A DNA stretch of 64,000 nucleotides from Flavobacterium sp. (GTDB taxonomy: Bacteria > Bacteroidota > Bacteroidia > Flavobacteriales > Flavobacteriaceae), in NCBI GenBank assembly GCA_021740105.1, contig JAIPAM010000001.1, positions 196,239 through 260,238 on the forward strand. The letters are read 5' to 3'. Shown piece after piece: positions 56,635-64,000 of this stretch (the stretch's first letter is position 1; each line of letters begins with the position of its first letter). Position numbers and translations under genes: made by a program. A model generated the notes under the pieces. It did not search any database and was not told where the DNA came from. It saw nothing but the letters and a program-made list of their open reading frames with translations.

Positions 56635-58806
56635 ATGGAAAAAGAAAGAAATAAAATCAAACTGAAAGTTAAAGAAAAAAAAATATCTGGTTTTGATAGT
56701 TATTTATCAATAGCTTTAAAAGTTATTGGTATTCTTTTTTTAGGGATAGCCGGATATTATTTTATCGATGCTCAAGGTGAAGATTTAATTACTAAGATCA
56801 TTTCTTTTTTTGCTGCTCCTGAAGTCATAGTGCCAATAGGAGAAACTCCCTTTCCTTGGAAACCTATCTCCTATTTATTAACAAGTCACATTATAGGAAT
56901 TTCTGGATTAATTTGGGCAATTTATTATTCCAGAAACCATCTTAATAAAGCATACCCTTTTACACTTAGTATTGTTATTGCAATGACTTTTGTTAATACC
57001 TTAATGTATTTTTATTGGTATTTCACAATATGGGCTTTACCTTATTATAACTATTATATTGCTAGTGCTTTTTTAGCGGTTACTTTAATTCCATCTTTTA
57101 TATGCTATAAAATATATAAACGGAAATCATTACTTTCCGCAATATTGATATACTTCCATATTTTCATGTTAGAGATGCTTGCTGATTCTTTAAATGAAAA
57201 CAGGTATTTGTATGTTTTTTCAGCGATTTCAATTTTCACACTTGTTTTATTTTATATCTCTAAGCGTGACAAACCCTATTTAAGTTTATTTTTAAATGGA
57301 ATTTTCGCCTATGGCTTTTTAATGATATTAGTACTTAAAAAATTTGTTTTTAACACTAATGCCACTTTTTTAAGCTTATTTTTTATTGTTAGTTTTATAT
57401 ATTTTGCCCTTTTTTATGGAATCACATTGTATTATAGCATCAAAGAAAATAAGAAGATTTTTTCAATAATAAATGTTCTAAATACAGTTGTCTATATAGT
57501 TCTAAATGGATACGTATTATCCAGATTTGGGTATTCAAATTATTTAGGGTGTATTCTTTTTATTGCGTTTGTAGTGCATCTATCGTCAATAATTATTTAT
57601 TATAAATATTATTTTCAAAAAGGAAAATTAATTACATATGAAATAGCATCATTAGTATTGTTTTCTGCCTCAGTATCTCTAATTAGAAATGAGTATTTTA
57701 TAAGTCTGTTTTTTGGAATCATATCTTTACTATTCTTTGGTTATGCAAAAGTTTATAAAAACAAAAATTTCGTTAATATTGTTATTATCGCATTAATTAC
57801 TTTATCAGCAAATTTTGTTTATTTAACAATAAATAGTTATTTCATATTATTAAATTCTCCAAGCTTTGGAATAAATTCAATTATCCAAAAAGTTTTCCTA
57901 AACAGTTTAATCATTTTGCTTTTTATATTTCTCTTGCGAATAATCGTAATAAAGGAAACACAAGAGGAGGAGCAAAATTGGTTTAATAGAAGGAGATATA
58001 TTCGTTATTTAAATATTCTATCAGCTATAACGAGTTTTGTTTTTATAGAATGGTTATGTTTTTTCTTACTTTATTCTACTGTATATGATTTTGCATTTTC
58101 AAATAAAATTTTAATAGTTATTGGTAGCCTTTTTGCCTTATTTATTTTAAAAAACGACAATTATTTTTCAAAAAAAATCAAGAATTGGATTTACTTATCG
58201 GTTTATTTTTTCGCAATATTTGTTATCTCACAAATCCATCTAAATTTTTCATTTACATCAATTGAATATATTGTTTCTAATAATCTCACTTTATTGGAAG
58301 TGGTGATTCATTATATTGAATTGTTTTTAGCCCTATCCATTTTTGCAATATCATTTACAAGATTCTATTATCAAAACATTGGTAAAAGAAAAAAAATGTT
58401 GCAATTTTTTGTTTTTACCCTTTACTTCGTCATTACCTTCGTCATTTGCAAAGAATATGATTACATTTCAGTTTTAACTAGTATTTCAAGTTCTAAAATA
58501 AGCGGTGATGATTTTGAAATGATTCTAAGATCAAACCAATTTTTGCCCTATTCTATGATAATATTGACTTGCGCTTCACTATTATTGATCGTAGGGATTA
58601 AATTAAAAAGCCTTTTTTTACGAAGTGTCTCAATAATTATAATAGGAGCAGATTTAGTAAAAATATTTTTTATTGAATTTATTGAAATTTCAGATAATTA
58701 CAAAGGCGGTGTGTTTATTGTAATTGGCGCTTTATTGTTATTACTTTCCTGGTTTTATAACAAAACAAAATACAGAAGAAAAAGAAGGATTTCAAGAAAA
58801 AGTTAA
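56635..58806 (+). CDS. Large polytopic membrane protein, DUF2339-like C-terminus
   Basis: About 20 hydrophobic segments; C-terminal LRSVS...LVKIFF.E......KGGVFIVIG.LLLLLSWFY. Confidence 0.65.
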   Translation: MEKERNKIKLKVKEKKISGFDSYLSIALKVIGILFLGIAGYYFIDAQGEDLITKIISFFAAPEVIVPIGETPFPWKPISYLLTSHIIGISGLIWAIYYSRNHLNKAYPFTLSIVIAMTFVNTLMYFYWYFTIWALPYYNYYIASAFLAVTLIPSFICYKIYKRKSLLSAILIYFHIFMLEMLADSLNENRYLYVFSAISIFTLVLFYISKRDKPYLSLFLNGIFAYGFLMILVLKKFVFNTNATFLSLFFIVSFIYFALFYGITLYYSIKENKKIFSIINVLNTVVYIVLNGYVLSRFGYSNYLGCILFIAFVVHLSSIIIYYKYYFQKGKLITYEIASLVLFSASVSLIRNEYFISLFFGIISLLFFGYAKVYKNKNFVNIVIIALITLSANFVYLTINSYFILLNSPSFGINSIIQKVFLNSLIILLFIFLLRIIVIKETQEEEQNWFNRRRYIRYLNILSAITSFVFIEWLCFFLLYSTVYDFAFSNKILIVIGSLFALFILKNDNYFSKKIKNWIYLSVYFFAIFVISQIHLNFSFTSIEYIVSNNLTLLEVVIHYIELFLALSIFAISFTRFYYQNIGKRKKMLQFFVFTLYFVITFVICKEYDYISVLTSISSSKISGDDFEMILRSNQFLPYSMIILTCASLLLIVGIKLKSLFLRSVSIIIIGADLVKIFFIEFIEISDNYKGGVFIVIGALLLLLSWFYNKTKYRRKRRISRKS

Positions 58807-58853
58807 TTAAATAATTATTGATTCGTTTCGAGTAAATTTGAATTTTTCTATTT

Positions 58854-60008
58854 ATGAAGTTTCCAAAAAAACTTGCCTTTAAAATTGAATCCAGAGAGCA
58901 AAATAACTCTTTGCGAAAATTGGCATTTTCCAACCATTTAATAGATTTTGCTTCCAATGATTATATCGGATTTGCGAAATCGGAAACCATTTTCAATGAA
59001 ACGCATTCCTATTTAATAAATAAAAATATAATTCAAAATGGCGCGACTGGATCCCGATTATTATCAGGAAATCATGCTGTTTATGAAGGCGCAGAAAACT
59101 ACATTTCAAAATTTCATCAATCGGAAAGCGCTTTACTATTTAACTCCGGTTACGATGCTAATGTCGGTTTTTTTAGTGCCGTTCCGCAACGCAATGACGT
59201 TATTCTATTCGATGAACTAGCACACGCGTCCATTCGGGACGGAATTCAACTATCCAATGCAAAATCCTACAAATTTCAACACAACGATTTCGAAGATTTA
59301 GAACGAATAATTCTTAAACTATCAACCAGCAACCAGCAACCAGCAACCATTTTTGTAGTTACTGAAAGTGTTTTTTCTATGGATGGCGATACACCAAACC
59401 TAGAAGAACTAGTTACCCTTAGCAATAAATACAACTGTTATTTAGTTGTAGATGAAGCCCACGCTTTAGGAGTTTTTGGTGATCATGGTGAAGGATTAGT
59501 CCAAATGTTAGGTTTACAAGACGAGGTTTTTGCAAGAATTATGACTTTCGGAAAAGGGCTAGGTTGCCATGGCGCAGCCATTTTAGGATCCCAAAAACTA
59601 ATAGATTATTTAGTCAATTTCGCAAGGAGTTTTATATATACCACGGGGCTTTCGCCTCATTCAATAGCAACCATTCTAATTGCTTATCAGCATTTGAAAA
59701 ATGAAAAAGTAGCGGTTCAAAAACTTCGTGAAAACATTATTCATTTCAATCAAGAAAAAAAACAATTGGGTTTAAACCCTCTTTTTGTGCGAAGTAAATC
59801 AGCGATTCAAAGTGCGATTATCCCTGGAAATCAAAAAGTGAAAAATAGTGCGAGCCTACTTCAAGAAAAAGGATTCGATGTAAAAGCCATTCTTTCCCCT
59901 ACTGTTCCTGAAGGGCAAGAACGCCTTCGGTTTTGTTTACACAGCTATAACTCGAAAGAAGAAATCTCAGAAGTGTTGCAATTTCTTGCCACTTTATTAT
60001 TTAAATAA
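58854..60008 (+). CDS. bioF: 8-amino-7-oxononanoate synthase
   Basis: FASNDYIG, GSRLLSG, SGYDAN, HASIRDG, ESVFSMDGD, DEAH, TFGKG (PLP Lys), RLRF; heads bioD-bioA. Confidence 0.92.
   Translation: MKFPKKLAFKIESREQNNSLRKLAFSNHLIDFASNDYIGFAKSETIFNETHSYLINKNIIQNGATGSRLLSGNHAVYEGAENYISKFHQSESALLFNSGYDANVGFFSAVPQRNDVILFDELAHASIRDGIQLSNAKSYKFQHNDFEDLERIILKLSTSNQQPATIFVVTESVFSMDGDTPNLEELVTLSNKYNCYLVVDEAHALGVFGDHGEGLVQMLGLQDEVFARIMTFGKGLGCHGAAILGSQKLIDYLVNFARSFIYTTGLSPHSIATILIAYQHLKNEKVAVQKLRENIIHFNQEKKQLGLNPLFVRSKSAIQSAIIPGNQKVKNSASLLQEKGFDVKAILSPTVPEGQERLRFCLHSYNSKEEISEVLQFLATLLFK
59323..59350 (+). repeat. Intragenic heptamer tandem repeat (CAACCAG x3 + CAACCAT) in bioF
   Basis: Read directly; encodes STSNQQPAT. 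Confidence 0.85.
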
Positions 60009-60021
60009 ATATTAACATCAA

Positions 60022-60066
60022 TTTCCTTACTGTCTTTGCAATTTCTTTGCGAACTTTGCAGTTAAA
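60022..60066. repeat. CwTTGCr four-unit intergenic repeat, copy 1 (bioF-bioD)
   Basis: CCTTACT-GT-CTTTGCA-ATTT-CTTTGCG-AA-CTTTGCA-GTTAAA. Confidence 0.55.
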
Positions 60067-60074
60067 GAATAACT

Positions 60075-60698
60075 ATGAAATTATTTATAACAGGAATATC
60101 AACCGATGTAGGAAAAACAATCGCTTCTGCAATTATTACAGAAGCGCTTGTCGCCGATTATTGGAAGCCGGTTCAAGCAGGAGATTTAGACCATTCTGAT
60201 AGTCATAAAATTCTAAGTTATATTTCAAATGATCAATCGGTTATTCACGAAAATAGCTACAAATTAAATACACCCGCAAGTCCGCATTTAGCAGCCGAAA
60301 TAGATGGTATAACAATCGATTTAAAAAATATTAAAGAACCGATAACTAAAAATCATTTGGTGGTGGAAGGCGCAGGTGGCGTTTTGGTTCCTTTAAATAC
60401 TAACGATTTTGTTATCGACTTGGTTCAACCTGACTACAAAATTATAATTGTTTCCAGACATTATTTAGGGAGTATCAACCATACGCTTTTAACTATTGAA
60501 GCAATAAAAAACAGAGGTTTAACCATCGCAGGAATTATTTTTAATGGCAATGAAAATAAAGCTACCGAATCTTTAATTTTAAATTATTCGAAACTAAAAT
60601 TCATAGGCAGAATTAACGATGAACCGTATTTTGATAAAAATGTAATTGCTGAATATGCCGATTTATTTAGAGATAATTTAATGGCAATTGAATCGTAA
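60075..60698 (+). CDS. bioD: Dethiobiotin synthase
   Basis: TDVGKT P-loop, YWKPVQAG, SPHLAA, VEGAGG, LGSINHT. Confidence 0.96.
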   Translation: MKLFITGISTDVGKTIASAIITEALVADYWKPVQAGDLDHSDSHKILSYISNDQSVIHENSYKLNTPASPHLAAEIDGITIDLKNIKEPITKNHLVVEGAGGVLVPLNTNDFVIDLVQPDYKIIIVSRHYLGSINHTLLTIEAIKNRGLTIAGIIFNGNENKATESLILNYSKLKFIGRINDEPYFDKNVIAEYADLFRDNLMAIES

Positions 60699-60711
60699 AT
60701 AAAATAATTAA

Positions 60712-61983
60712 ATGGATTTAACCGATAGAGACGGGTTACATATTTGGCATCCTTACACCCAACATAAAACTTCAAAACCACCAATTGCAATTGTAAAAGG
60801 GAAAGGAGCTTTGCTTTGGGATGATTTCAATAATGAATATATTGACGCAATCGCTTCTTGGTGGGTAAATCCGTTTGGACATTCCAATACCATTATCGCT
60901 GACGCTATTTATAAGCAACTAACCACTTTAGAACACGTTTTGTTTGGTGGATTTACGCATGAACCTGCGGTGGTTTTATCTGAAAAATTGATTAAAATCT
61001 TACCTAAAAATCAAAATAAAATTTTCTTTTCCGATAATGGATCAACGGCTGTTGAAGTAGCGATTAAAGTGGCATTGCAGTATTTTTTCAATAAAGGAGA
61101 AAAGAAAACTACCCTGATTGCCTTTGAAAATGCCTTCCACGGAGACACCTTTGCTGCGATGGCAGCCAGTGGAATTTCATTTTACACACAAGCTTTCGAA
61201 GGTATGTTTATAGACGTAGTTCGTATTCCTGTTCCGATAAAAGGGGAAGAAGAAACTAGTTTTCATGCATTAGCTCAGGCCATAAAAAACTATAATTGTG
61301 CGGCATTTATTTTTGAACCTTTGGTTTTGGGAGCTGCAGGAATGGTGATGTACAATCCGGAAGAACTGGATAAATTAATCGGGATTTGTAAAGAAAATAA
61401 AATACTTACCATCGCCGATGAAGTGATGACTGGCTTTGGTAAAACTGGAAAAACGTTTGCTTGCGATTATCTTGTTGGGCAACCCGATATGATGTGCTTG
61501 TCGAAAGCTTTAACGGGCGGAACCATTCCAATGGCAATTACAACATTTACTGAAGAATTATTTGAAGCCTTTTACAGTGATGACATCAACAAGGCGTTGT
61601 TTCACGGACATACATTTACTGGAAATCCAACGGGATGCGCTGCAGCATTGGCGAGTTTGGCACTCTTGGATACCGAAGAAATGCAAGCCAATATTGCCAG
61701 AGTAAATCAAAGCCATTTGGCCTTTGAGAAGCACATCAAAGAGCATCCTAAAGTAACAACAACCAGAGTTTTAGGAGTTATTTTTGCATTGGAAATAAAA
61801 ACTGAATCCCAAGCCAGTTATTACGGAACTTTACGAAACAAACTTTACGATTTTTTCATTGAAAACGGAGTGATTTTGAGGCCCGTGGGAAACATAGTCT
61901 ATATTTTGCCGCCTTATATTATTGAGGAAGACCAACTCCAAAAAATATATACTGTAGTTGAAAACGCTTTAAATATAGTATAA
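60712..61983 (+). CDS. bioA: Adenosylmethionine--8-amino-7-oxononanoate transaminase
   Basis: HIWHPYTQ, SWWV, SDNGSTAVEVA, FHGDT, ADEVMTGFG, LSKALTGG, HGHTFTGNP, LRPVG. Confidence 0.96.
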   Translation: MDLTDRDGLHIWHPYTQHKTSKPPIAIVKGKGALLWDDFNNEYIDAIASWWVNPFGHSNTIIADAIYKQLTTLEHVLFGGFTHEPAVVLSEKLIKILPKNQNKIFFSDNGSTAVEVAIKVALQYFFNKGEKKTTLIAFENAFHGDTFAAMAASGISFYTQAFEGMFIDVVRIPVPIKGEEETSFHALAQAIKNYNCAAFIFEPLVLGAAGMVMYNPEELDKLIGICKENKILTIADEVMTGFGKTGKTFACDYLVGQPDMMCLSKALTGGTIPMAITTFTEELFEAFYSDDINKALFHGHTFTGNPTGCAAALASLALLDTEEMQANIARVNQSHLAFEKHIKEHPKVTTTRVLGVIFALEIKTESQASYYGTLRNKLYDFFIENGVILRPVGNIVYILPPYIIEEDQLQKIYTVVENALNIV

Positions 61984-61999
61984 GATAAAAGATCTCTTT

Positions 62000-62042
62000 C
62001 ATTGCGTACATTGCGAAAAACTTTGCGACCTTTGCCAATAAA
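62000..62042. repeat. CwTTGCr four-unit intergenic repeat, copy 2 (bioA-KAS)
   Basis: CATTGCG-TA-CATTGCG-AAAAA-CTTTGCG-AC-CTTTGCC-AATAAA. Confidence 0.55.
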
Positions 62043-62060
62043 TTTTAATAAATAATCACT

Positions 62061-63215
62061 TTGCCAACAACGATTTCTATAACCGCCATCGCATCCATTT
62101 CTGGATTAGGAAATGATCAAAATGTCATTTGGCAAAATTATTTGAATGACAATCACTGCTTTATTGAAACTACTGTTGGTAATCAAAACACTAATATTGC
62201 CCCTTTAAATTCCGATTCTAAAAAACTAGTAAGCGAATTAAAAAAATCAGATTCTAAATACAAATCACTTGATAATTCTGTATTATTTGCAATAGCTACT
62301 TCAAGAAAAGCGATTGAAAAAGCGGGTTGGCAGAAAAGTGACACTTTTGGAATTAACATCGGATCATCACGTGGTGCAACAGAATTATTTGAAAAACACC
62401 ACTTGGATTTCATCCAATCTGGGAAAGTAGTAACTTTAGCCTCGCCAACTACGACGCTCGGAAATATCTCTTCTTGGGTTTCACATGATTTACAAAGTCA
62501 AGGACCAGAAATTTCACATTCTATTACCTGCTCAACGGCATTACATGCCTTATTAAATGGAATTGCATGGTTAAAATCTGGTATGGCTGATAAATTTTTG
62601 GTTGGCGGTAGCGAAGCTCCATTAACCGATTTTACGATTGCTCAAATGCGAGCTTTAAAAATATATTCTAAAAATAGTGCCGAATTCCCATGTCGCGCCT
62701 CAGACTTAAATAAGAAACAAAACTCACTTGTATTGGGTGAAGGGGCTGCAGTATGCTGTATTGAAATTGGAAGAACCGACAAAACTATCGCAGTTATTGA
62801 AGGAATTGGGTACGCTACTGAAATTTTAGAACACAATGTTTCTGTTTCTACAGAAGCAACTTGCTTTCAAAAATCGATGAAAATGGCTTTAGGAGCTACT
62901 GAATTATCAGAGGTCGATGCGATTGTAATGCACGCTCCTGGAACGATTAAAGGGGACTTATCAGAATACAAAGCAATTCAAAAAATATTTGGAGCCGAAC
63001 TTCCTTTGTTAACTACCAATAAATGGAAAATCGGTCACACCTTTGGAGCCTCCGGAATGTTGAGCATTGAAATGGCCATTTTGATGTTACAAAATCAAAC
63101 CTTTATCGGAGTCCCATTTGCGGAAGCAAAAACCGAAAAGAAACCATTGAAAAAAATCATGGTAAATGCCGTAGGTTTTGGCGGAAATGCGGTAAGTGTT
63201 TTGTTGAGTTTGTAA
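62061..63215 (+). CDS. Beta-ketoacyl synthase (FabB/FabF-like, Cys-His-His) following the biotin genes
   Basis: TCSTALHA (Cys), MHAPGT (His1), KIGHTFGASG (His2), GEGA, GFGG; TTG start. Confidence 0.85.
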   Translation: MPTTISITAIASISGLGNDQNVIWQNYLNDNHCFIETTVGNQNTNIAPLNSDSKKLVSELKKSDSKYKSLDNSVLFAIATSRKAIEKAGWQKSDTFGINIGSSRGATELFEKHHLDFIQSGKVVTLASPTTTLGNISSWVSHDLQSQGPEISHSITCSTALHALLNGIAWLKSGMADKFLVGGSEAPLTDFTIAQMRALKIYSKNSAEFPCRASDLNKKQNSLVLGEGAAVCCIEIGRTDKTIAVIEGIGYATEILEHNVSVSTEATCFQKSMKMALGATELSEVDAIVMHAPGTIKGDLSEYKAIQKIFGAELPLLTTNKWKIGHTFGASGMLSIEMAILMLQNQTFIGVPFAEAKTEKKPLKKIMVNAVGFGGNAVSVLLSL

Positions 63216-63259
63216 ATTTTTAGATTAAAGTCATAAAGTCAAATTTCGAATAATTTCAA

Positions 63260-63294
63260 TAACTTATAACTTACAACCTACAACTTATAACTTA
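63260..63294. repeat. Heptamer tandem array yAACyTA x5
   Basis: TAACTTA-TAACTTA-CAACCTA-CAACTTA-TAACTTA, overlapping the recX stop. Confidence 0.75.
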
Positions 63295-63770
63295 CTTTCC
63301 AAGTCTTTCACTTTTTCATAAACCATATTGCTTTCAAATCCTTTTCGGAGTAAGAAATCACAGAATTTTTTTCGCTTTTTTAGACTATCATTTTCTTTCA
63401 TTGTTTCCCAATGGCGATCCGCAATAAAATGAAAATTGGTATAATATTCTTCTTCCGATATTTCTTTAAGAGCTGTTTTTATATTGTAGGAAGAGATATT
63501 TCGGAATTTCAATTCGTTTACAATTCTAATATTTCCCCAATATTTAATTCGGTGTTTTCCTCTAGCAAAACTGCAAGCAAAACGCTCTTCGTTTAGAAAA
63601 TTTTGATCGATAAGGTGTACTATTATCAAATCGATAACTTGAGGAATCATGTTCATTCCTCGAAGTTTTTCGACCACTTCTTTATGACAACGCTCTTGGT
63701 AGGCGCAGTAATTCTCTAACTTGGATTGAGCTTCCTGAATGGAATAGGTTTTATGAGAATTATTTTCCAA
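63285..63770 (-). CDS. recX: Regulatory protein RecX
   Basis: YCAYQERCHKEV..KL, FLNEERFA, KYWG..RI..EL, FLLRKGFE. Confidence 0.92.
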   Translation of the reverse strand: MENNSHKTYSIQEAQSKLENYCAYQERCHKEVVEKLRGMNMIPQVIDLIIVHLIDQNFLNEERFACSFARGKHRIKYWGNIRIVNELKFRNISSYNIKTALKEISEEEYYTNFHFIADRHWETMKENDSLKKRKKFCDFLLRKGFESNMVYEKVKDLESKL

Positions 63771-63807
63771 AATTTATTGATTGTCTATTGAGAATAGAAA
63801 CAAAAAA

Positions 63808-63999
63808 CTAGGCATTTGTTTTCCCTGAAGCCTCTAAATTTTTTTCGATTGTATGTCCTGGTCTTGACCATTTTGGCTTTTCTCCTAACGATTGGAACTG
63901 AGAATCTTCAGCTTCAACGGTAGTTGGTTGAGAAACTTTAACAAATGGTTTTTGAGGAATTAATCCTAAGGTTTCAAACATTTTCATGTCCTCATTTAC
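63808..63999 (-). CDS. bioB: Biotin synthase, 3' end only (truncated by the window edge)
   Basis: Open frame VNEDMKMFETLGLIPQKPFVKVSQPTTVEAEDSQFQSLGEKPKWSRPGHTIEKNLEASGKTNA-stop, resembling flavobacterial BioB C-termini as recalled; adjacent to the bio cluster. Confidence 0.75.
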   Translation of the reverse strand, partial: VNEDMKMFETLGLIPQKPFVKVSQPTTVEAEDSQFQSLGEKPKWSRPGHTIEKNLEASGKTNA

Positions 64000-64000
64000 A

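Noticed and set aside
58854-60008. bioF as 2-amino-3-ketobutyrate CoA ligase (kbl) partnering the nearby threonine dehydrogenase
   Set aside because: It directly heads bioD-bioA and is separated from tdh by other genes; BioF is the simpler call.
17088-63294. Short periodic repeats as a possible CRISPR array
   Set aside because: Units are 7-9 nt with no unique 25-40 nt spacers, and there are no cas genes.
3865-63596. Dozens of 60-190 aa ORFs in the track overlapping long genes (e.g. 37290-37853, 41936-42370, 33796-34110, 53247-53558, 28841-29044)
   Set aside because: They lie antisense or out of frame to well-supported genes, or over repeats, and show no recognisable motifs; treated as shadow ORFs.

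Overview
AT-rich bacterial chromosomal segment, very probably Flavobacterium (Bacteroidota): it carries gldH, T9SS type-A C-terminal domains, TAnnTTTG -7 promoter boxes and a homodimeric GlyRS. Most of it is housekeeping or core genes: an M16 peptidase pair, mntH/mntR, crtY-like cyclase, trhO, ricT-gldH-PBP1A, scoAB, asnS, rpoN, tRNA-Ser(GGA), ansA, tatD, sucAB, phoD, thiL, glyQS, mfd, threonine dehydrogenase, bioF-D-A, recX and the 3' end of bioB. Three accessory or unexplained modules stand out. (1) A tightly coupled five-gene operon at 5755-11999 encodes four T9SS cargo proteins (YHYH, unknown beta-sandwich, tandem DUF1566/Lcl, Cys-type sulfatase) and a HupE/UreJ membrane protein, set among metal-homeostasis genes. 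(2) A cassette at 24450-28323 encodes a small secreted two-Cys protein, a GLPGLI protein and an outer-membrane beta-barrel, bracketed by a 28-bp direct repeat of a REP-like palindrome. (3) A Cys-His-His beta-ketoacyl synthase follows bioF-D-A, with no bioC/bioH/bioW in the window. Smaller items include an unannotated 41-aa membrane ORF coupled to arsC in an ars operon lacking an efflux pump, several candidate operators, and families of periodic 7/8-mer intergenic repeats. No CRISPR array, integrase or transposase was seen. All family assignments are from motif recognition by eye; no database searches were run.
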